Source: Collinsella sp.
GTDB lineage: Bacteria; Actinomycetota; Coriobacteriia; Coriobacteriales; Coriobacteriaceae
Assembly (NCBI GenBank): GCA_048250755.1
Contig: DBEZMF010000011.1
Span: 874 to 64,873, forward strand
Direction of reading: 5' to 3'
DNA length: 64,000 nt
A program made the position numbers and the translations under genes. This document shows positions 9,090-18,841 of this stretch, in pieces (position 1 is the stretch's first letter; each line of letters starts with the position of its first letter). The notes below the pieces were generated by a model. It searched no databases. It had not been told where the DNA came from and saw only the letters and a list, made by a program, of their open reading frames with translations.

Positions 9090-9773
9090 TTACGCCCTTG
9101 CTTGCTCGATCTGCCCGATGAGCCAATCGCACCAGGCATCCATGCCCTCGCCCTTGCGCGCGCTCACAGCAAACCGCGGCGCCTGCGGATTGAGGTCATC
9201 GAGTGTCTTAGTATACCTATCCATGTCAAAATCGAAAGCCGGGGCCACGTCGACCTTGTTGAGCAGCTGCGCGCCGGCGTGTTGGAAGATACCCGGGTAT
9301 TTGATGGGCTTGTCGTCGCCCTCGGGCACCGAGAGAATCATGATGGACAGGTTCTCGCCCAGGTCAAAGTCGACCGGACAGACCAAGTTGCCCACGTTTT
9401 CGATAAAAATGACGTCGATGTTATCGAGCCCAACGGCCTGGTCGAACGCGTCAACGGCTTCCATGATCATGTTGCCCTCGAGGTGGCACAGGCCGCCCGT
9501 GTTGATCTGAATGGCGGGCATGCCGGCTTCCTTCATGGTGATGGCGTCGACATCCGAGGCGATATCGCCCTCGATAACGGCACAGCGCAAGCCGGCCTTG
9601 TCACGCAGGCGCTCGTTGGTGCCCAGAATCGTGGTTGTCTTACCCGAGCCGGGGCTCGACAGCACATTGATCACATAGGTGTTTGTCTCATTAAATCGCT
9701 GACGTAGCTGATCTGCCAGGCGCTCATTGCGCGACAGAATCGGCGATGCGATATCAATCGTTTTCTCGGCCAT
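9090..9773 (-). CDS. hypB: Hydrogenase nickel incorporation GTPase
   Basis: SSPGSGKTT, INTGGLCHL, ENVGNLVCP, SVPEGDDKPIKYP. Confidence 0.95.
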   Translation of the reverse strand: MAEKTIDIASPILSRNERLADQLRQRFNETNTYVINVLSSPGSGKTTTILGTNERLRDKAGLRCAVIEGDIASDVDAITMKEAGMPAIQINTGGLCHLEGNMIMEAVDAFDQAVGLDNIDVIFIENVGNLVCPVDFDLGENLSIMILSVPEGDDKPIKYPGIFQHAGAQLLNKVDVAPAFDFDMDRYTKTLDDLNPQAPRFAVSARKGEGMDAWCDWLIGQIEQARA

Positions 9774-9828
9774 ACTCGGCACTCCTTACTTTGGCCCCTT
9801 TATACCCCGTCACCAGATGGCTAGCGGG

Positions 9829-10185
9829 CTAATCGTCGGGGGTTTCGATTTCGATACTTGCGATGTCGAGCTCGCGACCGTGCAGCAGGCGCACGTTGGC
9901 GCCGCCACATTGGGGGCAGCGGCAATGGAAGCGGTCGTGCTCAAAGACCTCGCCGCAGTCCAGGCACTCGCTTTGTGGATGGACTTCCTCCACGGCAAGC
10001 TCGCAGCCGCGCGTGAGCGGATCCTCGTCGCGAAACGTCTCCCACGCAAAGTCGAGCGCCTCGCGCACGACCTCGGTCATATCCCCGATACGCAGCGTTA
10101 CCAAAACGGCGCGCGAGGCCCCCGCCCCACGCGCCGCGCGAATCACTGTATCGAGTATGCCGTTGACAATGCCAACCTCGTGCAT
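9829..10185 (-). CDS. hypA: Hydrogenase maturation nickel metallochaperone
   Basis: N-terminal MHE, CLDC..CPQCG, GREL. Confidence 0.93.
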   Translation of the reverse strand: MHEVGIVNGILDTVIRAARGAGASRAVLVTLRIGDMTEVVREALDFAWETFRDEDPLTRGCELAVEEVHPQSECLDCGEVFEHDRFHCRCPQCGGANVRLLHGRELDIASIEIETPDD

Positions 10186-10191
10186 ACCGAT

Positions 10192-10986
10192 TTACTCCTC
10201 GTCGTCCTCTTCGTCGTCCGAAAACAGGTCCAGACGGCTCACAAACAAGCCCTCCTTGCCCTCGCGCGCGGTAATGACCACGCGAGCGATGGCGAGCGAA
10301 ATCTCGTAGAGCGAGAGCAGGGCGCCGTACATGAGGCCCAGCGTAACGGGCGAGCCGTCGGGCGTGATCACAGCCGAGCCCACGAGCAGGCCCACGTACA
10401 CGTAGCGCCAGGCGCCGCGGAAGGCCGCGTAGGACACGATGTGGAAGACGGACAGGTAGAAGATGATGAGCGGCAGCTCAAACGCCACGCCAAAGCCGAT
10501 CATAAAGAGCAGCTCCATGTTGACGTAGTTCTCCAGGTCGGGCAGCGCCGTGGCGACGGCCGAGGTCTCGCCGATAAGCCACTCAAAGCCCGCCGGGATG
10601 ATGATGAAATAGCAGAAGATGGCGCCCAGGAAGAACAGCACCGTCGAGGCGAGCACCGTGGGCACGACCCATTTGCGCTCGTTGGGACGCAGTGCCGGCA
10701 GGAAAAATGCCAGAATCTGCCAGATGATCATGGGCGTGCACATGACCACGGCCATCTTGATGGCCAGCGAGAAGCGCAAACCAAAGCCACCGAGCGTGGT
10801 GGTGATGTAGAACTTACCGTCCGGCACAAAAGAGCGGATGGGGTCTTCCAGGATGTCGAGCACCACGGGCGTGGCGAAATACAGCACGATGGCGGCGGCA
10901 AAGACCGACACGACCACGATGGTCAGACGGCGACGGAGCTCTCCCAGGTGATCGAAGAGCGGCATACGCGCAGGTCCGATAGGCAT
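10192..10986 (-). CDS. tatC: Twin-arginine translocase subunit C
   Basis: MPLFDHLGELRRR, FELP, ITPD, LYEISL; about six TM helices. Confidence 0.95.
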   Translation of the reverse strand: MPIGPARMPLFDHLGELRRRLTIVVVSVFAAAIVLYFATPVVLDILEDPIRSFVPDGKFYITTTLGGFGLRFSLAIKMAVVMCTPMIIWQILAFFLPALRPNERKWVVPTVLASTVLFFLGAIFCYFIIIPAGFEWLIGETSAVATALPDLENYVNMELLFMIGFGVAFELPLIIFYLSVFHIVSYAAFRGAWRYVYVGLLVGSAVITPDGSPVTLGLMYGALLSLYEISLAIARVVITAREGKEGLFVSRLDLFSDDEEDDEE

Positions 10987-11576
10987 TACTCATCGCCTCC
11001 CTTCGGGGCATCGGCGGCAGCGGCGTCGTCCTCGGCCTCGAGCTCGCGAGCGAGCTGGTCGACGACGGCCTTGCGCTTGCGGGGACGACGGGCGTAGAGG
11101 TCAGCCGTCGTGGGCTCTGCCGGCTCGGGCTCGGGCTCCGGCTCTACAGCAGGCTCGGGCTCGACGGCAGCAGCGGCAGGCTCGGCCTTGGCGGGCTCGG
11201 CGCTCTCGGCCTCATCAGCAGCGCCTTCGCCCTCGGTGGCACCCTCGCTCGCGGCCTTCTCGGCAGCAAGACGGGCGCGACGCTCGGCAAAGGTCTCCTT
11301 CTTGGCGGGCGCTGCCGTCTCGGCGGCATCCTCGTCCGCATCGGAATCGTCGTCGGTCGCAGCAGCCTTCTTGGGCTTGACCGGGGCCGATGCGGCTTCG
11401 CTCACCGGATCGATAATCTCGGACTGAACAACGGCCGTCATCTTTTCCTGCGTCTCGCGGAACTGACGGATGGCACGGCCGATTGTACGGCCCATCTGTG
11501 GGAGCTTATCCGGGCCAAACAGCAAAAAGCCGAAGACCACGATGATCGCGAGCTCACCCTCTCCAATACCAAACAC
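10986..11576 (-). CDS. tatB: TatA/TatB family translocase subunit
   Basis: MFGIGEGEL...FGPDKLPQMGRTIGRAIRQFR; GTG start after GGAGG. Confidence 0.85.
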   Translation of the reverse strand: MFGIGEGELAIIVVFGFLLFGPDKLPQMGRTIGRAIRQFRETQEKMTAVVQSEIIDPVSEAASAPVKPKKAAATDDDSDADEDAAETAAPAKKETFAERRARLAAEKAASEGATEGEGAADEAESAEPAKAEPAAAAVEPEPAVEPEPEPEPAEPTTADLYARRPRKRKAVVDQLARELEAEDDAAAADAPKGGDE

Positions 11577-11729
11577 ACATACCTCCAAGGCTCGATGTGA
11601 GTCGAGCCCGCACCGCGCCATTCGGCCGGAACTCGTCTATTCATTCGGTCAAGTATAGCGCCCGGACGCCAAAACGTCCGAGCGCATCACAAACATATGC
11701 CAAACGGCACGCCCTTTTGGGGGCAAAGA

Positions 11730-12044
11730 TTATGCAGCGGTGATCGAAATCTCCTGGTCGACACCCAACAGCTGAACCACGCGCATCACCGGGGGCTGCA
11801 CATTGGTGCAGCTAAAGCGCTTGCCGTGGTCGACCGCGTGGTGCGCGGCGCCCACGAGCACGCCAATGCCCGTCGAATCGATGTAGCTCACCTGGGCAAA
11901 ATCGAGCTCAACGGCCTCAGTGGGCTGCTCGAGCGCCAGGTCGATGGCATTACGCAGGCTATCGGCGTTAGAGATATCGATCTCGCCGGTTACCTTAATG
12001 GTGTAGAGCTCTGGCGTGGGGTTGGTGGAAATACCCAAATCCAT
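11730..12044 (-). CDS. STAS-domain anti-sigma factor antagonist
   Basis: GEID, VSYIDSTGIGVL. Confidence 0.88.
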   Translation of the reverse strand: MDLGISTNPTPELYTIKVTGEIDISNADSLRNAIDLALEQPTEAVELDFAQVSYIDSTGIGVLVGAAHHAVDHGKRFSCTNVQPPVMRVVQLLGVDQEISITAA

Positions 12045-12095
12045 GTATACGCTCCTTTACGTATCGAAAGTGCGGATAGTACTGGAAGCCGCGCG

Positions 12096-13400
12096 TTAGG
12101 CGCGCTCGGCACGCGCAAGCTCGGCAGCGACGAGCTTGACGGCCAGCACCAGCACATCGAGCGCGGCCTCCAGGTCCTCGACCGTGGGATAGCTCGGCGC
12201 GATGCGGATGTTGGTATCGCGCGGATCCTTGCCATAGGGCCAGGTAGCACCGGCCGGCGTGAGCTTAACGCCCAGGTCGGCGCACAGCGCGGCGACCTTT
12301 TGGGCCGAGCCCTCGGGACCATCGAAGCTTACAAAGTAGCCGCCGCGGGGATGCGTCCAGGTGGCGCAGCCCGTGCCGCCCAGGCCCTCGGTGAGCTTGC
12401 GCTCAACGGCCTCAAAGCGCGGACGCAAAAACTCGGCATGCTTTTTCATGTGCTCCTTGACCGCCTCGATGGTGGGAAGGAAGCGCACGTGGCGCAGTTG
12501 GTTGAGCTTATCAGCACTGATGAGGCCGGCCTTCAGGCGCTTGGAGAACTCGGCGATGACCGCGGGGCTCGCACCGATAAAGCCGATACCGGCGCCCGGG
12601 AAGGTGATCTTGGACGTCGAGGCAAATGCCACCACGCGGTCCTCGGTGCCCGCCGCGCGAGCGAGGTCAAAGATGTTTGCGAGCTCGTCGGTCTCGTCGT
12701 ACAGGTCGTGCACGCAGTAGGCGTTGTCCCAGAAGATGCGGAAATCGGGTGCGGCCGTGGGCATCTCAACCAGGCGGCGCACAGTGTCCTCGCTAAAGGT
12801 GATGCCCGTGGGGTTGGAATACTTGGGCACGCACCAGATGCCCTTGATGGAATCGTCGGCGGCGACGAGGCGCTCGACCTCGTCCATGTCGGGGCCGTTG
12901 TCGGTCATCGCGACGGGGACGTTCTCGATACCCAGATCGGCGGTGATGCCAAAGTGGCGGTCGTAGCCGGGAACAGGGCACAGAAACTTGACCTTCTTGC
13001 CGTCGTGCGCTGCCTCGTAAGCCTCCCAGGGCTCGTTGCCGCACGAGCCGCAACGCCAGAACATACCGGCGATATCGTGCTCGATCAGCAGGCTCGACGA
13101 ACCCAGCACGAGCGTCTGCTCGGCGGGGCAACCCAGGAACTCCCCCGCTAGCTTGCGTGCCGAGGGAATGCCCTCAAAGCAGCCGTAGTTGGAACAGTCG
13201 ACGTTGCCGTCGTGCAGATCGGCATCGGCATTGAGGATATCGAGCATGGGTCGAGAGATGTCCACCTGGGAGGGCGACGGCTTGCCGCGGGCCATGTCGA
13301 GCGCCAGGCCCTTGGCCTTGACCTCGGCGACCTCGGCCTTGAGCGCCTCGATGGCGGCATCGAGTTCGGTGGTTTCCATCTTCTGGTAGATCGTCTGCAT
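12096..13400 (-). CDS. PLP-dependent aminotransferase class I/II
   Basis: LDMARGKP, PVPGYDRHF, WDNAY, ASTSKIT, NIRIAPS. Confidence 0.9.
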   Translation of the reverse strand: MQTIYQKMETTELDAAIEALKAEVAEVKAKGLALDMARGKPSPSQVDISRPMLDILNADADLHDGNVDCSNYGCFEGIPSARKLAGEFLGCPAEQTLVLGSSSLLIEHDIAGMFWRCGSCGNEPWEAYEAAHDGKKVKFLCPVPGYDRHFGITADLGIENVPVAMTDNGPDMDEVERLVAADDSIKGIWCVPKYSNPTGITFSEDTVRRLVEMPTAAPDFRIFWDNAYCVHDLYDETDELANIFDLARAAGTEDRVVAFASTSKITFPGAGIGFIGASPAVIAEFSKRLKAGLISADKLNQLRHVRFLPTIEAVKEHMKKHAEFLRPRFEAVERKLTEGLGGTGCATWTHPRGGYFVSFDGPEGSAQKVAALCADLGVKLTPAGATWPYGKDPRDTNIRIAPSYPTVEDLEAALDVLVLAVKLVAAELARAERA

Positions 13401-13549
13401 GGGTGCGACCTTTCACGAAGCGGTACGTTGCAATTCTTCTAAGTATAGACCGCTACCGTCGCAACGTTATGAAGCCGTGATAGATTAAGTCCATCGCAAT
13501 GAATTACGAATCGCCGCGCATGCCGGCATGAAGCGCCCAAGGAGGCACT

Positions 13550-13804
13550 ATGGAGTACGGATCGTTCCAGGCCGAGGAATTCGGCGACCTTCAGCGCCTG
13601 GTCGACGGACTGTTTTACGACCGCCACGCCATCGACCGCCTGGATCTGATCGTACAGGCCGAAATCTTGGACCTGGCACCCGATCTCATGGAAATCGTGA
13701 ACCTTTTGCCGCCCGGCTATTACGACCGCCAGTCACTTTGCGACCAGCTCAACTCCGCCTTGGCCGCCCACGGCTGGGGCGCCATCTACGGCACCGTGGA
13801 ATAA
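13550..13804 (+). CDS. Small hypothetical protein
   Basis: AAGGAGG RBS, typical codon usage, 84 aa. Confidence 0.75.
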   Translation: MEYGSFQAEEFGDLQRLVDGLFYDRHAIDRLDLIVQAEILDLAPDLMEIVNLLPPGYYDRQSLCDQLNSALAAHGWGAIYGTVE

Positions 13805-13822
13805 ACCTAGTCATTGGGGCCT

Positions 13823-14052
13823 GTGGTCAAAAAATAGCAAATATGAGTACTGTTACTTTTTTAGTAACAGCGATTTTGAATTAAAAAGGCCAGTCTTGGC
13901 CTTTTGTGCCCGGTTTTGGAAGGATGCATCGGCATTTTTCGTCCAGCCACGCAATCGTTAATGCACAGACAGAATAGATTTGTACATTATTTTTCGCGCC
14001 TAAAATGAAACGCCGTTTGTGACAGTACTCACAAACGGCGTTTTTTGGCCAC
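13823..14052. repeat. AT-rich insert with imperfect terminal inverted repeats and internal hairpins
   Basis: Arms 13823-13856 and 14019-14052 match at 25/34; perfect 15-bp stem at 14008-14043. Confidence 0.5.
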
Positions 14053-14136
14053 TGGGGTGTCCGGCAGGTGGCAAGTACCACTCAAAACCGCGTTTTACAC
14101 GCGCTCGAGCAGGCTCTGGCGTCTGTTTCTACGCGC

Positions 14137-15495
14137 CTACTCGTTCTTGGGCGCGGGGTGCTTGCAGATCACACTCATGTAGATCATGCCAAGTACGGCC
14201 GCGGTGACAGAGCCGGCGAGAATAGCGGCCTTGGCGGCCAGAACCTCAAACTGGGCCGTCGGGAAGGCGAGGCCGCTGATGAGAATCGACATGGTAAAGC
14301 CGATACCGCCCAGAATGCCCACGCCGGCAATCATATGCCAGTTGACATTGTGCGGCAGCTCGCAGGCCTTGAGCTTGACCAGGGCGAACGTCATGCCAAA
14401 GATGCCGATCGGCTTGCCCAGCAGCATGCCAAAGTACACGCCGAGCGTCACCGGGTCGGTGAGTAGCGTGCTCATGTCCACGCCCACCAGGCGAACCTGT
14501 GCGTTGACGAACGCGAAGATCGGCAGGATCACAAAGTTGACCGGCGTGGAGATCAGGCGCTCCATGCGGATGAGCGGCGGGGTCACGCGGTGCATGACGC
14601 GCTCGACTTTGGTGGTCGAGACGGTAAAGTCATGCTGGCCCAGGATGTGCGCCTCGTCGTCGTAGCGGTCATCGAGCAGCGGCAAGCACTCGCCCAGCCA
14701 ATCGGTGAGACTATCAAGCTTAACACCGCACTTGGCCGGGATGGTGAAGGCCAGGATGACGCCAGCAAGCGTAGCGTGCACGCCGCTCTTGAACATGCAG
14801 AACCACAACAGCAGGCCCAGTACCGAATACGGGGCAAGGCGATAATGCTGCGTCTTGTTGAGCCACACGAGCGCACAGGTCACAAGCGCGGCGGCGCCCA
14901 ACCAAAACGGATTGGGGCTCTGACCGTAGAAGATGGCGATGGCGGCGATGGAGATGAGGTCGTCGGCGATGGCGAGCGTCGAGAAGAACACGCGCACGCC
15001 GTTGGGCACGCGGTTGCCCAAAAGCGACAGCACGCCCAGCGCAAAGGCAATATCGGTTGCCATGGGAATGGCCCAGCCGTTGTGCGCGCCGGCATGGTTA
15101 AAGATCAGATAGATGCAGGCGGGAACGACGACGCCGCCCACGGCCGCCAGCATGGGAAGCATAGCCTGGCGCGGGTTCTTGAGCTCGCCGACCGTCATCT
15201 CGTACTTAAGCTCAATGCCCACCAACAAAAAGAAGATCGCCATGAGGAAGTCGTTGACGAAAAGCTCAACGGTAAGACCGGCCGTAAGGTTGCCCAGACC
15301 CACATACAGCGGGGTCTCCAAAAAGTGATGGATGGCCTCGTAGGCATCGGTGTTGGCGCAAATGACGGCGGCGATGGCGGCGAAGACCATGACGGCGGCG
15401 GAAATCGTGCCGTTCTCGGTGATGCGCTCCCAAATGTCGTGGCGCTCAAAACGCTTGCGCTCACGAACGTTAAACAGCTGCTCGGGTGCTGCCAT
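14137..15495 (-). CDS. nhaA: Na+/H+ antiporter NhaA
   Basis: NDFLMAIFF, GWAIPMATDIAFA, LAIADD, SGVHAT, GIGFTMS. Confidence 0.95.
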   Translation of the reverse strand: MAAPEQLFNVRERKRFERHDIWERITENGTISAAVMVFAAIAAVICANTDAYEAIHHFLETPLYVGLGNLTAGLTVELFVNDFLMAIFFLLVGIELKYEMTVGELKNPRQAMLPMLAAVGGVVVPACIYLIFNHAGAHNGWAIPMATDIAFALGVLSLLGNRVPNGVRVFFSTLAIADDLISIAAIAIFYGQSPNPFWLGAAALVTCALVWLNKTQHYRLAPYSVLGLLLWFCMFKSGVHATLAGVILAFTIPAKCGVKLDSLTDWLGECLPLLDDRYDDEAHILGQHDFTVSTTKVERVMHRVTPPLIRMERLISTPVNFVILPIFAFVNAQVRLVGVDMSTLLTDPVTLGVYFGMLLGKPIGIFGMTFALVKLKACELPHNVNWHMIAGVGILGGIGFTMSILISGLAFPTAQFEVLAAKAAILAGSVTAAVLGMIYMSVICKHPAPKNE

Positions 15496-15528
15496 GGGCG
15501 GCTCCTTTCACGGGAAAGCTCCCGTCTT

Positions 15529-15564
15529 AAAAAAGCACGGCCCGCCCAAGTGGCGGCGCCGCGC
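15529..15564 (-). promoter_or_regulatory. Terminator-like hairpin plus T6 in the nhaA leader (possible attenuator)
   Basis: Minus strand GCGCGGCGCCGCC-ACTTG-GGCGGGCCGTGC-TTTTTT, ending about 35 nt before the ATG. Confidence 0.5.
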
Positions 15565-15703
15565 TCTAACGTATTACGCTTGCATCTAGCCTACCCTGCA
15601 CGACAAGCGCGCAAGCGTGGCCGAAAAGCGGAACCACAGGTTGAACATTATTTGCTCAACGGCACGGGCACGCCTATCCAAGAGACGACGCGGCGCCGTG
15701 CAC

Positions 15704-15743
15704 AAAAAACGACCGGAGCACGGGGCTTCCGCGATCCGGTCGT
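15704..15743 (-). terminator. Intrinsic terminator after ppaC
   Basis: ACGACCGGA/TCCGGTCGT stem with T-tract on the minus strand. Confidence 0.7.
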
Positions 15744-15762
15744 GGCGTTTGGTCGACTAAAC

Positions 15763-16686
15763 CTAGCAAGCGGCCATGATGGGGGCAGCGACCTGCTTCT
15801 TACGGGAGAGGACGCCCGGCATCCAGACGCCGTCGTGCTCGTCGGCAATGCCCAGGCCCTTCTGAGCAGCCTCGGTCTCGCCCTCGAGCAGGACCTGCGA
15901 GCCCTCCTCCATGATGTCGGTGATGCACAGGACGATGCCGTCGGCACCCTTCTCTGCGGCGTAGGCGCGCATGGCCTCGCGGATCTCGTCGATCATGCCG
16001 AGCGCGCGGCTCTTGTCGACAGTCTCGTACTGGCCGATGAGCAGCTTCTTACCGGCGGGCTCGAACATCTTGATGTCGTTGCCGACCATCTCGGCTGCGG
16101 TGAAGGAGCCGGACGGACGGGTGAGGAAGACCTCCATGCCAAACTTGACCGGGTCGACGCCCACCTGCTCGCCGAGCTTGGCGGCGACGGCGCGGTCGAC
16201 AGCGGTGGTGGTGGGGCTCTTGAGCATGAGCGTGTCGGTCATCATGGCCGAGAGCAGCAGCTTGGCCTGGACGTCGGAAAGCTCAACGCCGAGCACGTCG
16301 GCGAGCTTGGTGACGATGGTGCAGCTGGAGCCCCAGGGCAGGCAGATGTAGTGCAGCGGGCCGGCGGTCTCGAAGTCGCCGATGCGGTGATGGTCGACGA
16401 CACCAAAGACCGTGGCGTCCTTAAGGCCGGCGACGGACTGGGCGGACTCGTTGTGGTCGGTGAGGACGACGAGCTGACCGGCCTCGACGGAATCGATCAC
16501 GCGGGGCTCGGCGATGCCGGCGTCGGCGAGCAGCTTGGCGGACTCTGCCGGAAGCTGACCAAGGGCGCAGGCCTCGTAGGTGTTGCCGGCATACTCAACC
16601 TGGTTGAGCAGCTGGGACAGGACGACGGCGCTCATGATGGCGTCGTTATCGGGGTTCTGGTGACCAAAGACAAGAACGTTTGCCAT
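15763..16686 (-). CDS. ppaC: Manganese-dependent inorganic pyrophosphatase (DHH family II)
   Basis: GHQNPDND, DHNE, VDHHRI, SRKKQV. Confidence 0.94.
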   Translation of the reverse strand: MANVLVFGHQNPDNDAIMSAVVLSQLLNQVEYAGNTYEACALGQLPAESAKLLADAGIAEPRVIDSVEAGQLVVLTDHNESAQSVAGLKDATVFGVVDHHRIGDFETAGPLHYICLPWGSSCTIVTKLADVLGVELSDVQAKLLLSAMMTDTLMLKSPTTTAVDRAVAAKLGEQVGVDPVKFGMEVFLTRPSGSFTAAEMVGNDIKMFEPAGKKLLIGQYETVDKSRALGMIDEIREAMRAYAAEKGADGIVLCITDIMEEGSQVLLEGETEAAQKGLGIADEHDGVWMPGVLSRKKQVAAPIMAAC

Positions 16687-16819
16687 GGATATCCTCCACT
16701 TGATATGTGTACTTGGACGTAGCTATGGTAGCACGCTAGCGTCGAGCCTTCGCAGACGGAAGGGGCGCGGCACAATTTGGGGCAGGCATGGGGCCAAGCC
16801 TGTCCCCTTTGCACCATGT

Positions 16820-16849
16820 TGGTGCAAAGTAACCTGACCCCCTTGCACC
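16820..16849. repeat. REP-like element (GGGGTCAGGT family)
   Basis: TGGTGCAAAGTAACCTGACCCCCTTGCACC; inverted near-identical copy at 27065-27095. Confidence 0.7.
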
Positions 16850-16851
16850 GG

Positions 16852-17805
16852 CTATTTGCCGGCGGCGCGCAGGGCTACGTAGGCGGCACCGATGATACCG
16901 GCGTCGTTGCCGAGCGAGGCGACCTCGATGGGCGTCTCGCGCGAGACGGAAAACGCGTACTGCTTAAAGTGCTCGCGAACCTTATCGAGGTAGACATCGG
17001 CCGAGGCGGAGGCGCCGCCGCCGATGAGGAACATCTCAGGGTCGACCACGTTGGCGATAAGCGCCAGGGCACGGCCGAGGTAATCGGCCATGGTATCGGC
17101 CGCGGCAAGCGCGAGCTTATCGCCCTCGCGGCAGGCTTGGAATATGTCCTTGGAATCGGAAGGACCGGTGAGCTCGATGGGCTCGACGCCCGCAGCCTTG
17201 CACTCGGCCAGGTAATTGCTCACCACGCCGGTCGCGCTGGAATACTGCTCCAGGTGGCCGTGGCCGCCGCAGCCGCAGGTGCGTTCCTCGTCGGGATTCA
17301 GGCACATATGGCCAATCTCGCCGCCAGCGCCCACAACGCCCGACACCACGTCACCGTTAACGATAACGCCGCCGCCCACGCCAGTACCGATGGTGACCAT
17401 CACCACGTTCTGCACGCCCTTGGCAGAACCGAGCCAGGCCTCGCCCATGGCAGCGGCGTTGGCATCGTTCTCGTACTTAACGACCGCATCGGGGCAGTGC
17501 TCCTGAATGGCGACCCTCAGCTCGGGCAGGTTAATGGCAATGTTGGCCTTGACCTTGGCATCGCCCGCAGCAGGGATGGGGCACGGAACGGCCAGGCCGA
17601 TGCCTGCCACAAAGGCGCGCGGAATCTGAGCCTTGGCGACCACCTGGTCGATGGCCTCGGTCACCGCGGCAAAGCCCGCAGCGTCAACGATAGGAGGCGT
17701 GGGCACGCTGGCCTTGGCAAGCAGGTTGCCGTCCTCGTCGAACAAACCCTCCTTAACCGAAGTGCCGCCGACGTCGATGCCGATGTAGTACTGCTTAGGT
17801 TCCAT
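16852..17805 (-). CDS. ROK family sugar kinase (glucokinase-like)
   Basis: IGIDVGGT, ENDANAAA, GTGVGGG, GEIGH, CGCG. Confidence 0.92.
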   Translation of the reverse strand: MEPKQYYIGIDVGGTSVKEGLFDEDGNLLAKASVPTPPIVDAAGFAAVTEAIDQVVAKAQIPRAFVAGIGLAVPCPIPAAGDAKVKANIAINLPELRVAIQEHCPDAVVKYENDANAAAMGEAWLGSAKGVQNVVMVTIGTGVGGGVIVNGDVVSGVVGAGGEIGHMCLNPDEERTCGCGGHGHLEQYSSATGVVSNYLAECKAAGVEPIELTGPSDSKDIFQACREGDKLALAAADTMADYLGRALALIANVVDPEMFLIGGGASASADVYLDKVREHFKQYAFSVSRETPIEVASLGNDAGIIGAAYVALRAAGK

Positions 17806-17859
17806 GGGAGCCCACCTTTCTCGTTTAAACATTGCCTGTATGGTACCGCTCCCAAGGCA

Positions 17860-17900
17860 AAAACCTACCAAAAAGGGACAGGTTTGTTTTGGCAGGTTTT
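17860..17900. repeat. REP-like element (AAAAAGGGACAGG family)
   Basis: AAAACCTACCAAAAAGGGACAGGTTTGTTTTGGCAGGTTTT; copies at 21746-21843 and 55662-55778. Confidence 0.75.
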
Positions 17901-18046
17901 ATCTGGGGAAACGTCCGCCCGCTCAACGAGCAATGACGCTCAGCAACTCGCCAAACAAAAAGCGCCGGGAGAGGGAGACTCCCGGCGCCTGCAAAAGGGA
18001 CTGGATTGTATGCGAACCGCACGATCCGTCGCGGCGAAAACGCCAG

Positions 18047-18379
18047 CTAGGCCTTGAGTGCCTGTAGCTGTTTGTGGACCTCAATGAGCTCCGTGGCCAT
18101 GACGCGCATGGTCTCGGTGCCGGCCATCTGGTCCTCGGCGTGCAGCAGAATCAGCGGGGCCTCGCCGTTGCGCTCGCCATTGGCCTCCTTCTTAAGAAGT
18201 CCCATGTGAACATCGTGGCCGCCGTTATAGGCCTCGTCGCCCTGCTTAATGAGCTCCTCGGCGGCGTCGAAATCGCCCTCCTTGGCCTTCTGCACGGCGT
18301 TGATGTACATGCTCTTGGCGGTACCGACGTAGCTGATGATCTCGAAGCAGGTCATCTGCAGTTCGTTCATATCCTCCAT
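18047..18379 (-). CDS. PTS lactose/cellobiose family IIA
   Basis: LHAEDQM phospho-His motif. Confidence 0.92.
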   Translation of the reverse strand: MEDMNELQMTCFEIISYVGTAKSMYINAVQKAKEGDFDAAEELIKQGDEAYNGGHDVHMGLLKKEANGERNGEAPLILLHAEDQMAGTETMRVMATELIEVHKQLQALKA

Positions 18380-18388
18380 GCGCTGCAC

Positions 18389-18691
18389 CTAGCCCATCAC
18401 GCTGACGCAGTGGTCGATGATGCCGGCGGCGTTCATGCGGCCATAGTCGACCATGTTGATGACCTCGACCGGGAAACGGCCGGCGGCCTCCTTCTCAAAG
18501 TCGCCCTTGGTGTAGCCGATCTGCGGGCCGAGCAGCAGGATGTCGCACTCGTCCAGGTGATCGTGGGCCTCATTCATAGGACGGGCTTCGACCTCGATGT
18601 CCAGACCACGGCTCGCGACCTCGGACTGCATCTTCTGGACCAGCAGACTCGTGGACATGCCGGCATTGCAGCAAAGCATGATCTTCTTCAT
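18389..18691 (-). CDS. PTS lactose/cellobiose family IIB
   Basis: LCCNAGMSTS, LLGPQ, YGRMN. Confidence 0.93.
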   Translation of the reverse strand: MKKIMLCCNAGMSTSLLVQKMQSEVASRGLDIEVEARPMNEAHDHLDECDILLLGPQIGYTKGDFEKEAAGRFPVEVINMVDYGRMNAAGIIDHCVSVMG

Positions 18692-18841
18692 GGTTTCCTC
18701 CTTATAACTGCGCGGCGCGCAGACGACAAACTGGATAAATCCTTGTGGTTATCTTTCCCCTGTTTTGCACGTTTAGGCAAAAAAGGAGATACGGGTACCG
18801 GTACCAAGCATCGGTACCCGCAAGGGTGGAATGGACAAACG

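Noticed and set aside
6396..9707. 1103-aa plus-strand ORF, and similar long ORFs at 11697, 14590, 18074, 20270, 47982 and 57671
   Set aside because: Antisense shadows of well-supported genes; high-GC codon bias removes stops on the opposite strand, and the translations have no recognisable motifs
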